64,000 bases of DNA from the human T2T-CHM13v2.0 reference genome, Homo sapiens, in the NCBI RefSeq assembly GCF_009914755.1, contig NC_060926.1; one strand, 5' to 3'. Under the pieces are notes generated by a model. The model was not told the DNA's origin. It ran no database searches and was given only the letters and a program-made list of their open reading frames with translations. This document shows positions 1-12,090 of this stretch, one piece after another. Position 1 is the first letter of the stretch. Every line of letters starts with the position of its first letter. A program made the translations under genes and the position numbers.

Positions 1-2815
1 GCCACATTTACCCAGTATTACAGAGCTAGTTAGAGGACAAACTGCTCTCTGATTCCTATTCCAACATAGCATGCTGCCTCCTTAAGAGATTAAGGATTTA
101 TTGCTTATAAAATACTTTATAGGCCTCTTGTGAGAAATCCAATATTTATTTGCCCTATAAGATAAAAACAGGAATTTATTTTTTCTTGTTTTCTTTTCAG
201 CTTTTCTCAGTCCATGATTCTTCACAGTGTTATAATGATACAGCTATTTATAGCCACTGCCAAAAATAAAAATAAAAAGTTTTTCTTTCCAAAATGGGCC
301 AATAACTTTTATACAGAATAAGTTTATGGGATGTAAATTGTATAAGTTTAAAGCATTTCTCACTCTATTATTCTTTCAAAAAGTTATAGAGATGGAAAAT
401 CAAAAGGAGTTATAATTCCATCAGGACAAGAAGCCAAAATGGTGGATGCTTTCATGAAGTTTATCAGGATTGTTAATAACTGTCATCCAAACCTCTCTCT
501 TCTGCAGAATTGGTTGGATATTTGTAAAATGTAGTTGTCTTATGAGAATTCTGGCACTTTGAAATATCATTCCAGCTGGAAACTAGACATGAAAAATATC
601 AAGGTGATTCTGAATCTCTGAAAATGTTTGGTTTAATTCTGAAAATTAAATGTAGTGCCCTGGGGCTGGGTACCAGGGCCATTGATTGTCCCAACCAAGT
701 GATTCTTTCCTCCTAGTTGTAGTAATCTATTCTGTGCTTTCAGGCAATACTCTACATCTTGTGCTTTAAAGGGTTCAAAGACAGCTCTTTTACTAGCTTG
801 CATAGGTCTAAAATTTTAGCATTTGAGTTTCTAAGTCCTCCTTCCCTATTCCCAGCAAGAAACTCCACCTACATCCAACCCCACCCTAACTGGGCCAAAG
901 CTATTTCCCCTCCTATTTATCTATGTAAGGGGCCCACAGGCATCTCTGCATAGACCTAAGCCACAGGCACCCTCCACACATCTCTCAAGCATCAGCCAGT
1001 ACTTTAGCAATGGAACTTTAGTTTCCATTGTGACTTGAGCGCACAGAGACCCAGATAGCCATGTGAAGAATAGGCTTTTGGTAGAGGGGAGAAGTGGAGG
1101 TGTGTAGGGAGAGGAAAAGGGAGGGAATATTGCAGGCAATCTTTACCTGCTTCACAATTTGCCAAAACCAAGCTCCCATTTTTATAGCTCACCACCCATT
1201 CTGTTTTCCACAACCACTGACCTTGACATTCACCAACCCTTTCTTTCTTTACTGTAACCTTGACTCCAGTAGAACGGTGCTTGTGGTTTATCTAACCTTG
1301 TGTCACCCTGAAACAAAAAAACAGGAGATGGCCAAATACCACAGAGAACTGTGGGGTTATTTTTGTGTGAGGCCCAAACAGGATTTCTACATAGATTTGT
1401 CATCTCTCCCATACAATGAATGGGTTTTAAAAACGTGGAGAAATTTCTCAAAACTATTCCAGCTATTTTGTTCTTTGGCATTTACCCACACACCCCAAGA
1501 GAGGTAGATATGAAAAAACAATATTTGACCATGTAGCTATAGTTACAGGCCACAGACAGCCAAGGGAACAGAAATTTAAAAATGAATGTAATATGCAACT
1601 TTGCCCTGATTCTGTCTCCCTGGATAAACTCTGCTTACCACTTAAATCTAAGTGTTCCCTAGTCCTCGATAATTGACAGGCAGTGGGAGAAGGTAAAGTC
1701 AAGTCTAAATTGAACACTGAATACAAAAGCACCTCCTTTCCAAGAAAAATTCCATTTTATGGTGAAATGATGAAAATGCCCCATTCTTTTGTTTAGATAA
1801 ATTCCAACCCTGTTTACGCTGATTTCTCCAGAGGGAGAAAGAGAGACTGTTTCTTTGAAAAGCCATTGACACAGAAAAACTCAGGTTCAATTTGGTTTTA
1901 TCCTGAAGGTTTGAAGTAAAACAATTCTTTGTCAGAATTTATAAATAAGACATTCATTAATTAAGCTTCACAATATTGCTTTGAAGTGAATACTACTGAA
2001 TTCATTTAACCAGTGATGAGATTCTGGCAGGGAAATTGAGCAATTAGACTTGTTCAGTAAAGCATTTAAAAGCCTAGAAAAAAAATCCAGGAGTTCCCAA
2101 TGCCTTATTCTCCATGTTGAATTACTCTTAGGCATGGAATCAGATATTCATTGTTTAATTGCAGTAAGAAGGGAATTCTTCTGTGACCCAGATAAATTGT
2201 AAGAATAATATAGACAAACTATTTGGAGTATCAGTATTTCCCATCTGAAATGGATATCCAATGACTGTCACATCTAGAGGAGGCCTCTGAAGTCCATGAG
2301 TGCCATCACCTCTTTCACAGAACTGAGCATCCGCCCTGACCTCTCTCCAGTACTAAGGCAATCTCCATCCCCAAAGTCAATGCTGCTACTGCACATTTCT
2401 GATATTAACAATCCAAGAGCATCTTGAGTCTCAGAGCCTTTCCCTCATGGTCAGTGGAGTCATCCCTGATGTACCTCTGCCTGCCTTTGATTCCTCTTTC
2501 CACATCCCATCAACACCCACACACATCGACTCACTGTTGGTCCCCAAGAACAGCCATTTTGTTGTTGTTGTTGCCACATCAAGTTATTTGGATCTTGATT
2601 ACAGTACTGTGTAATCATTATCTTCAACATTCCTTTACTTCCAGTTTATCTTCTGCCTATTCCAAAGATGTCTGCCATTTTGTGTCATAAGGAACACATT
2701 CAATATCTGCTCATCACCCTCCAGTCCAACTCACTTATCCCTGTGAACTTCCTGGTCTTCTCCCCAGATGTCTAGTGTTCTAGTTCTCATCTCTTACTCA
2801 GGCAAGCAAGCCCTC

Positions 2816-3272
2816 TGTGATGGTTAATACTGAGTGTCAACTTGATTGGATTGAAGGATGCAAATTATTGATCCTGGGTGTGTCTGTGAGGGTGTTGCCA
2901 AAGGAGATTAACATTTGAGTTAGTGGGCTGGGAAAGGCAGAGCCACCCTTAATCTGGGTGGGCACCACCTAATCAGTTGCCAGTGTGGCCGGAATATAAA
3001 GCAGGCAGAAAAACGTGAAAAAACTAGACTGGCTTAGCCTCTCAGTCTACATCTTTCTCCCGTGCTGGATGCTTCTTGCCCTTGAACATCAGACTCCTAG
3101 TTCTTCAGCTTTGGGACTTGGACTGGCTTCCTTGCTCCTCAGCTTGCAGACGGCCTATTGTGGGACCTTACGATGGTGTCAGTTAATACTACTTAAGAAA
3201 CTCAAATATATGAGAGAGCTATATACATATATATATCTTATTAGTTCTTTCCCTCTAGAAAACCCTAATACA
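2816..3272 (+). mobile_element. MLT2A solo LTR (HERV-L)
   Basis: Begins TGTGATGGTTAATACTGAGTGTCAACTTGATTGGATTGAAGG and ends CCCTAATACA; 5-bp TSD CCCTC at 2811-2815 and 3273-3277. Confidence 0.93.
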
Positions 3273-3444
3273 CCCTCTCTGGGGGTCAAGTGACACAGGC
3301 ACTTTCTTTTACCTCTATGTCTTTGCTACAGTGATGTATCCCTCTGATTTATATTCATGCTTCAGGATCACCTCATTCACTAGCCTTGCATTGATACAGA
3401 TGCCCCATTTCTTGTCAATGCTTTATTTATGCAATTACACATAT

Positions 3445-4220
3445 TAATTTAGCAAATATTTATCAATATGTCCTAAATATGAAATACCATATGTATTAAT
3501 AATAAGAAAGATACAAAGATAATTAAATATGTATCTTGAACTTAAGTATCTTACTGTCTTGTTTGAGACACAGAGTGGTAGCATAAATAATCCTAATACA
3601 CAGATGGTATTAAATACTACTAAAATGATATAGATAAGGTACTATGAGAATTCAAACCCAGAAAAAAATTACTTCTAAAAAAAGATTAGCAAGAGCACAA
3701 CTGGGAAATATTTCATGGAAGAAGTGGCTTCATACCATAGCCTTGTACACAAATAGACCAGAGAAAGACAGGTATTTCAGATGTTATGATAGTACCAGCA
3801 AAGGCATGGAGGTGGGAAGAAACTAGAAGACAGACAGGATGGAGTTCAGGGGGGCTCAAAAGAAGAGGATATAAAAGGATGTTTGGGGAAATAAATGTGT
3901 AGCAAGGTTCTTGGCATTGAATGATATGCTGTGTCTTAATTGTTGCTTTGTAGCCCTTAAAAGCTTGTGATGAGTAAGATGATCGGAGGTCGACTCTAGG
4001 AAGACCACTCTGGCATGCGTGCAGGCAAAAAGGAGAAGTTACTTTACAAAACTTTTACAACTGACTTCAAGGAAACAGCACTGAGACACTGAATTAGGGT
4101 AGTGACAGTAAGAATGAGAAGGAATAAACGTATCTAACAGAGATTCCAAAAGTAGAATAAACAGAAATTAGCAACCGGTGAGAATAGAGGATAAGAAAGA
4201 CTGAGAAGTAGGAAGTGACT
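3445..4220 (-). mobile_element. L2 LINE 3' fragment (decayed)
   Basis: Starts with an antisense L2 tail-like AATTTAGCAAATATTTAT, followed by purine-rich L2-like body (AGCAAAGGCATGGAGGTGGGAA, GGAAGACCACTCTGGC). Confidence 0.65.
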
Positions 4221-4228
4221 CCACGATA

Positions 4229-4535
4229 TTTTATTTATTTATCTTTGAGACAGGGTCTCACTCTGTTGCCCAGGCTGGAGTGCAGCAGCACAAGCACAAC
4301 TTACTATAGGCTCAACCTCCCCTGGGATGGCTCAGTTGACCCTCCCACCTCAGCCTCCTGAGTAGCTGGGACCACAGGTATACACTACCATGTCTGGCTA
4401 ATTTTTTTAATTTTTGGTAGAGTCAGTATCTCCCTGTGTTGCCCAGGCTGGTCTGGAACTCCTGGGCTCAAGTGATCCTCCTGCCTCAGTCTCCCAAACT
4501 TCTGGGATTACAAGCATGAACCACTGTGTGTAGCC
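4229..4535 (-). mobile_element. AluJ
   Basis: Antisense Alu dimer with GAGACAGGGTCTCACTCTG and CTCCTGGGCTCAAGTGATCCTCC (J diagnostics); degenerate TSD CCACGAT/CCATGAT. Confidence 0.93.
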
Positions 4536-4587
4536 CCATGATTTTATAATGTACTGGTATACGGATACACCAGACATATAGATGCTC

Positions 4588-4750
4588 TTTTATTCAGTTA
4601 ACAAATACTTATTGAGCATCTACTGTGCACCCAGAATTAGGCTACAAATTGGAGATACAGTAGCAAATGGAAAAAACAAAATAGAACCCTGCATTTAGGG
4701 AGCTGCCAATCTGCAGGAAGAGGTAGAGATACAGACGAAACTATTAGGGA
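4588..4750 (-). mobile_element. L2 3' end fragment
   Basis: TATTCAGTTAACAAATACTTATTGAGCATCTACTGTGC is the reverse complement of the L2 terminus. Confidence 0.75.
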
Positions 4751-5099
4751 TTCTATGGTAGAGGCTGCCTCAGAATAGAGGGAGCCAAAGGAGTGAGTGG
4801 TTAAGCCACTGTTGGATGGAAGGATCCTCAGAGACCAGGTTGTGGAAGAGGCAGATGCATAAGATCATGTGCAACACTGCCAAGAAGCTTGCCTGTGAGA
4901 GCCTTTCTCTCCCACTCCTCAGAGGGGTCTTAGCCTCAAATGAAACAAATACGTGGATTCTTTCAGTGTTTATGTTAAGAAAACAATATAACTTCAATTG
5001 TACTTGTATCAGGTAATGGTATCAGTTTATTCAACTTGTGGTGGGGAAGGAGGGGGATTGACAGCTTGAAGAAGTGAAAAGAGTTACAAATGAAGGCAT

Positions 5100-5290
5100 T
5101 AAACCAGGCTTGCTCTCTGCTTCTCCCACTGGCCAGCTGGGTGACATTTTATTTAACTTCTCTTGGCCTCAGTTTTCTTATTCATAAAATGTTGATTTTT
5201 TAAAAAAACCTACTTAAACCATATTATGTTGTAAAAATAAAAAAATAAATATAGAAGAAATGTACAAGCCATAAAATATTACATAGTTAC
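5100..5290 (+). mobile_element. MIR
   Basis: MIR core-like TTTAACTTCTCTTGGCCTCAGTTTTCTTATTCATAAAATG. Confidence 0.7.
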
Positions 5291-5310
5291 AAAACATTAC
5301 TAACCATATC

Positions 5311-5740
5311 TGTTTCAGTCAAGATTTCTATAGAAAGGAAATGGCAGACTCACATTAGATTGGAGGAGAGTTTATTTACAGAGGGACTGTTTACAAAGTG
5401 CAGGCAGGGTTAGGGGAATAGTGCAATGCTCCAGGGAGAGTAACATCAGAGGAGATGTTATCACATCTGGGCCCAAAGGGACAAGAGGCCTGAGTCACTG
5501 TGGGAATTGGGAAAGAGAAAATCCTATGAGATGTAGAAGGCATCTGCAAGCAACACAGCAAAGAGGAAGCCCAGGAAACAAATACCTTGTTTACCCTCCC
5601 CCTTTCCTGCGATTAGCCACTGGGAAGTCCACCGGCCACAGAGCCAATCAGAAGCCAGAGAGGGGGAGATCCTAGTGGATGCCTCCCTATAGGTCAGCCT
5701 CTGGGATCAGTGAGTTGGGAAGAGAAGGTATCTATCTGAC
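5311..5740 (-). mobile_element. Old LTR fragment, family unresolved
   Basis: TGTTTCAGTCAAG start and GAGAGTTTATTTACAGAGGGACTGTTTACAAAG resemble the antisense 3' end of ancient ERVL-class LTRs. Confidence 0.4.
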
Positions 5741-5746
5741 CAAATA

Positions 5747-5937
5747 GCAGTGGTTATCTATTCATCAACTTCAGTGAATGTAAAATCACCCCCAGAGAGC
5801 TTGTGAGAAATGAACATTCTGGGCCCTACCCCAGAAAATCGTGATTTTGTAGACCTGGAGAGATGGAAAGCAGCAATGCTCTGGGCATCACAGGAGTCTC
5901 CTACACATGGTCACTGGGCTGCATTTTGAGAAAACAG
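5747..5937. mobile_element. MER5-like hAT-Charlie MITE
   Basis: CAGTGGTT start, AAATCACC, TTCTGGGCCCTACCCCAGA, and end TTTTGAGAAAAC. Confidence 0.65.
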
Positions 5938-6870
5938 AAGTAGATATTTAATTTCTAGATAGGTTAATAAGTTATCTTAAGGAGTCTGGTTTCATATATG
6001 ATGCTTAGCTTAATCAAGTTATCATAGGAAGGATGTTAAGAGTAAGTTCAGACTGACCCATGAGGAAAGAAGTCATTTGATCTTCTTCTCAAGTGGCTTG
6101 TGTTTCCTGGAGGCTGCAGGAGCCACAGGAGTTTACACTTTTGCTAGGACTCATCATCTGACATAGTTCAATAGTAGCTCTAAGACCTTCCTTTGTTTCT
6201 GGATGTTAATAACCCAAATCAGTAGAGAAAAGAGATGTTGGCTACAATGTTACCTTTTCTTATGCATTTGTTTACCCAAATAATGTAGAACATCACTTTA
6301 TAAGGAAGAGTTTTTTATTTTTTACAATATCCTGTTACACTGGAAATCACTGCCGTTTTCTCCATCTTTGTATCACCAGCTCCAACACACTGAGTACATG
6401 ATAAGTGCTCCATAAATGTCAGTGACCACCATCTTATTACTGGACATAAAGGAAAAATGAGTGCAATTTAAATGTTTGTTGTAAAATGTAGTTTGCATTC
6501 CTAAAAAAAAAACAATAAACAAAAAACTTTCTTTTAAAGTGGGGAAGTCAACCTTCCACTTAAAACCAAACCCAACAAAAGTTCAAACAAGTTTTTAAAA
6601 CTGTATGCAGTTGCAACATTCCTCAAACGTACTGAGTGGGTCCAGGAAAGAGAACCCCGCAAATTGCCGTCTGTCACTCCTCACAGGCTCCCACCTACTG
6701 TTTTGTACTTCTGTGTAGTTGTTATTCAAAGTAAGTGAAATTTTCTAGAAATGATTAACTTGTGAAGATGATGCAACAGTGAACTGTAGGCTTCACTTTT
6801 TAAGAGTATTTCGGTGTTTCTGTCATACATGCCATTTCATATGTGTGTAACTCACAACACCAAATCTTAG

Positions 6871-6910
6871 CAACTAGATTACATAGTTTCAACTAGATTA
6901 CATAGTTTCA
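6871..6910. repeat. Perfect 19-bp tandem duplication
   Basis: CAACTAGATTACATAGTTT at 6871-6889 and 6890-6908, plus CA. Confidence 0.95.
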
Positions 6911-7517
6911 GCCTGAGAGTGAATTTATTTCATTCCAGCATACACTGCCCATGCAACACCTGTTCGGTTCAGAAGACATTAAGCATTTTGCACACACCTA
7001 CACATCTTCTTGGGGCAGGAATCACAGCTGTTTGTAATTTTACTCTAACTGTAACCCCGAGTGTGGAATAGAACTAAAATAGCCAGTTATGAGCCATTAA
7101 AATGAGAAATCGTGCAGATGATCCTTTCTTGGTAAGGCCTCAAAATTGTAAAATAAAGAACAAGATAATTATTGAATAATTTCCAAATCCATTAACCACA
7201 GCTTCATTATTTTCTGAATATGAATACTGTTTTCAAGATTTCCTTCCATAGAATGAAACAGTCTATCACTGTAGGAAAAGATATTTTTACTGCACTTCTT
7301 TTTCTACTTTTATGTCTTATAAATATAAAGAGATGATAATTAATTTCTGGACTCTTAAATGCACGCACTTAGTCTGACCTTCTAGCCAGTGATAGTAAGT
7401 TCTTCATTATCTGAAAGAAAATGAACCAAAGACCATCATGTCCTTATCTTAAACTCTCTGTGGTTGGCTAATTGTGATTCTATTTATGTATGATACTCAT
7501 TGTTTTCTGGTGGTTTC

Positions 7518-8392
7518 TGTGTTAGTGTGGTTGCTTTCAGCTTCAAGTAACAGAAGACCCAACATATAAAGGCTTAAAGAATGAAGGGATTTGTTCTCTC
7601 ATCACAAGAAGTCCCAAATAAGGGAGTCTAGAGTTGATTAACTCAGCCAACTCAATCACATTGTCAAAGACCCACGTTCTCCCCATGTTTATACTCTTTC
7701 ATCTGAATTTCTAGAGACTGAAAAAAGACAGTGTAACAGTTAGGGTTCTCTGAGAAACAGAACTAGAAGGACATACGTATCATTCCAAGTAATTGGCTTA
7801 GGTGATTTGGGGAGCTGGCAAGTCCAAAATCCAGTGTGAGTTGGCAGGCTGGAAACTCTCAGGCAGGAGCTGATGCTGCAGTCTTGAGGCAAAGTTTCTC
7901 ATTCCTCATGGAGGCTTCATTTTTGCTCTTAAAGCCATTCAAACTGATTGGATGAAGCCCACCCAGATTATGAAAGATAACCCTCTCTACTTAAAGTCAA
8001 GTGCTTGTAGACGGTAAGCACATCTATAAAATACCTTCACAGTCAGACCTAGATTAGTGTTTAATTGAACCACCAGATACTATAGACTAGCCAACTTGAC
8101 ACATAAAACTAACCATCGCAGACAGTTCCTTCCTTATACGAATCTTTCTAAGAGCAAAGAACCTTTCCCAGAAGCCCCCCACCAGACTTCCTCTCAGTTT
8201 TCATTGGCCAGTGCTGGGATTTGTACTTCTCAGGAAATCAACCCCTTACAAAGAGAATAAGATCAAGATTGGTTTAAATCAATTGGATTTTAGCCGAGCC
8301 ATGTGTGGCAAGAGTCGATGTCAGAGCTAAATTTGGGCTGTGCCACATGGAAGGGAAAAGTTGTTGTGTAGGCAAAAAGAGTATCTGGAATA
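7518..8392 (-). mobile_element. MLT1 (K/J-like) MaLR LTR interrupted by an MLT2 LTR
   Basis: GCTTTCAGCTTCAAGTAACAGAAGACCCAAC on the left part; CCAGACTTCCTCTCAGTTTTCATTGGCCAG resumes after 8125. Confidence 0.7.
7732..8120 (-). mobile_element. MLT2 (C/D-like) solo LTR
   Basis: TGTAACAGTTAGGGTTCTCTGAGAAACAGAAC ... CTAGCCAACTTGACACATAAAACTAACCATCGCA; 5-bp TSD GACAG at 7727-7731 and 8121-8125. Confidence 0.88.
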
Positions 8393-10404
8393 GGGTAGGA
8401 GCTCAATAAATATTTGAATGAATAAGTCAGTCAATAAATGACTGGCGAGGCATGCTGAAGATAATGAGTGCTAGTGATTTTCTCCAAATATATGCCCCTG
8501 TCAAGACATGATTTCAGCAGGCAGTGTATATGCTGTATGCATAAAGTGTGACTCTTGTTTGCATAATATCACATTCAAATCTTTGCCACATACTGGTAAG
8601 GATTATCACTCATAAATACTAAGTGAATGCTAACTATGCTCTAGAGGTTGAACTGAAAAAGAAAGGCAAGGAAATACCATTCTAAATTTATAAGCTGTTT
8701 AATTTAGTACATTAAGTACAAACTTAATGTTGATGTACTTAAACTCCTAATTCTAGAACATGCACTAGGATATTGCTTTTTGGTACATAAGACTACAGTT
8801 TAGAAAAATCTCCTAGGGAAGCAAAGAACCTTACTAAGGACTATGAATTGCTCCAGGGAGTAGCAAGGTGTGCTCAGAAAAAAAATGGTGCTTTTCTTGT
8901 TGCACCTGTTACAGAGTGCTTCGTTTATGTTTAGTTGCCTTGTCAGGGCTTGTTTTGACCAAGAGTCTGGGTTCATATGACATGCGATATAGGAATAAGA
9001 AGGATGATATATATCTGGAGATATGCTCAGAATAAATGGAATACTGACCTATCTCGTGCTCACGTACACACACACCACCAACACCACACCTAGTATTTAC
9101 TACATTTTTTCACTACCTTAATAATTAGGGACTGTGTTAGGTTCCTTTTGTAATAATTTTCAGAGAAAAAACCTTTTTGTCTAATCAAGAAGATATTATT
9201 ATGTTCCAGCTGTTTGACTAAAATGCAAATTTATGTATTAAAAATATTAGTGAAAACCTGTACGCACTCCTATGGTTAAGAGGAAGTCTGTGACTAATTC
9301 CTCTGTCTCAAGTGCTTTGAAAACCATGTCCCCTTCATCTCCAGTCTTTCCGTGTGGATCCTGACCAACTTGCTGCCATGTCTTATAACCCTAGCACGGT
9401 CCCTTACTCTTGCTAAGATACAGTGGTTTCTTTCCATGAAAAATAGGAAGAACAATAGTTTTCTGAAATGCCTTAGAAGGCCCTAGATCTCTGTTTCCAA
9501 TGTCAGTTTTTTGGCTAAAATGTGATATCTTTGGTGGCTGGAACTACACCATTTTAATCTTCATCCCTAGATACTCACTTAATGTTGGCTGGTTGAGGTA
9601 ATGAAATATTCCTGCCACATAAATTAAGTTTGTACCCCAAGTATTTTTTAAAAACATATCTCTCTACCAAACTATTTTCTGATTGTTCACTTGAGCTCTT
9701 GCTCTGGAACCACTTAGAATTGCCTTCCAAGCTTATTCATCTCCGTGGGGTTGTGTTGAGTGGGAAACTCTTGAGAAGACTTTGGTTTTGGACCTTGCTT
9801 GTCCATGTCTTACTTTTAAATAAGATTGGTTCGGGCATGGGTAAGACTACTAGATGAAGCATGTACAAGGGATGAGGTACTCATAATTACACATTAAGAA
9901 TTATATTTGATACATACTGATAATGAATCATTACATGTTGTCTATATTGATGTGGTGATCATTTAGACGTTTGAATAAGAAATTGAATTTAACCGAGAAG
10001 ATTAAGATTCCATTGGGAAAACTGGGAAAAGATGTTGGTTTCAGGAAGACTAACCAGTGGAATTGAAAGAAAGGTTTATTAGTGAAAAAATGAAAATTAG
10101 GTCCCTGCAAAAATATTGCCATTACACCAAAACAAAGTAGAACAGTGGTAGATCTGTATTTTTTAAAGGATTTGGTTTGAACAAAATAACCCTCTCCTCC
10201 TTTATTAGTTAAAAGGTTTTCTGGAAGTAGTTATTAAGTGCCATTTGGACAAGATTTGAGAAAGAGCCTGATGACCTAGGAGTAGAACTGAGACTAAGAA
10301 AGGCAATCTAGGACCAGAGGGGGTATGTGAGTGGTTCAGACAACCGTGGGATCACAGATGAAGAGAGGAGTGAGAAAAACTCAAGAAGCAACTGTGTATG
10401 GGAA

Positions 10405-10722
10405 TGTGTGAGGCTGTTTTTGCATTGCTATAAAGAAATATCTGAGGCTGGGCATGATGGCTCATGCCTGGAATCCCAGCAATTTGGGAGGCCAAGGTAG
10501 GCAGATCACTTGAGGTCAGGAGTTTGGGACCAGCCTGGCCAACATGGCAAAACCCCATCTCTACTAAAAATACAAAAATTAGCCGGGTGTGGTGGTGTGC
10601 ACCTGTAATCCCCGCTACTCAGGGGGCTGAGGCAGGAGAATCTCTTGAACCTCAGAGGCAGAGGTTGCAGTGAGCCTAGATCACTGCACTCCAGCCTGGG
10701 AGACAGAGCAAGACTCAGTCTC

Positions 10723-10754
<32 letters not shown>

Positions 10755-11174
10755 AAACCAGAAAAGAAATACCTGAGACCAGGTAATTTATAAAGAAAAG
10801 AGGTTTGACTGGCTCACAGTCCTGCAGGCTTTACAGAAAGCATGGCATGGGCATCTGCTTGACTTCTGAGGAGGCCTCAGGGAGCTTTGACTCACGGTGG
10901 AAGGCAAAGGTGAAGCAGGCATCTCACATGGCGAAAACAGGAGCAAAAGAGAGTGGGGGGAGGGGGTGGGTGGGGAAGATGACACACACTTGTAAATGAC
11001 CAGATCTCATGTGAACTCAGAGTGACACCTCACTCATCACCAAGGGGATGGCCCAAACCATTCATGAGGGATCCACCCCCATGATCCAAACACCTCCCAT
11101 TAGGCTGTGACTCCAACATTGGGGACTACATTTCAACATGAGACTTAGTGGGGACAGATATCCAAACTATATCT
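10405..11174 (-). mobile_element. MSTA/MSTB MaLR solo LTR, split by an Alu
   Basis: TGCATTGCTATAAAGAAATA...GGTAATTTATAAAGAAAAGAGGTTT...GGGGACAGATATCCAAACTATATC. Confidence 0.9.
10446..10762 (+). mobile_element. AluS (Sx/Sz-like) with (CAA)n tail
   Basis: Full dimer; 14-bp TSD AAAGAAATATCTGA (10432-10445) / AAAGAAATACCTGA (10763-10776); tail is (CAA)~10. Confidence 0.95.
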
Positions 11175-11874
11175 GGAAGAGACTTACACAGTCCAAGTTC
11201 AACATCTGGATACCTAGGGAAGAAGAGCAGGATCATATATGTTTTCATCCTGAAGTTACTCCTCAGAATTCTTAGCATGTGGAGGGGACTTAATATCCTT
11301 CATTTAATCTTCTTTTAGAAAGCAAAATGAATGAAGTGTTAAAATGCAATCGTTACACTCTTGTTGCTGGGCATGCCTCTAAAAGTGCAGAGAACAAGTA
11401 GAAGATTCTTAAGAGAGGCTGACGCTACAAGAAGTACTTTTGGAGACTTTTTAAAGACTATTGACATTTCCTTGTTATTTTCCAAATTTGAAGTGAGAAG
11501 CCTTCCAAAAATGCAATGCTAAAGGGACAGGGAATATATTTTAATTTACTAGATTGTAAGGGGACAGTAGACATTTTTCTAGTAGTATATTATCTATAGA
11601 GAGAAGTTTGGGGTTTGCAGTTGTGATAGGCCGGGGGCCCTGAAGTGGGGATAACAGGAAATGAGGTGTGGCACATCATTGCTCTACCCATCCAGGAGAT
11701 GAGTGGGGAAGGCAGAGCTTCACCTGCCTTCCCTGCTTTCAGTCTGACTTATAGTATGCAATGACAATGCAGGTAGCCCTTGGCGAATTGTTGGGTGAAT
11801 TAGACATGCACCTACATAGTACCAAAATACACCTTGACACCTTGACATCTGTAAGGTCAATTTTTTTCTAGATT

Positions 11875-12090
11875 CCACCAGGATTTAGAGTCTTGTCTCT
11901 ACCTTCAGATTTTCATCTGTAGTATGAAATTATGACTCTCCAAACATATTACTAAGACCAATTTTCCCCTTAAAGCAAAGCCCAAATGTGTAGACATTAT
12001 ATATTGTTCTATTGAGGGAACTTGAGATAAAATACATGTGCATGCTTTCTAAACTGTAAAGTGCTATCTACATATAAGTTTGTTGCTATT
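11875..12090 (+). mobile_element. MIR-family fragment
   Basis: CAGATTTTCATCTGTAG core and TGAGATAAAATACATGTG...AAACTGTAAAGTGCTAT tail. Confidence 0.5.

Noticed and set aside
181-277. Strong polypyrimidine/CAG acceptor followed by two AATAAA (possible terminal exon)
   Set aside because: Both motifs are common in AT-rich DNA; no upstream context or ORF supports it.
8709-8730. 9-bp perfect inverted repeat ACATTAAGT-acaa-ACTTAATGT
   Set aside because: Short and AT-rich; expected occasionally by chance in 64 kb.
10352-10754. Alu-derived ORFs (also ~18682-19827, 23623, 31782, 41724, 51933)
   Set aside because: Typical Alu translation artefacts; not genes.
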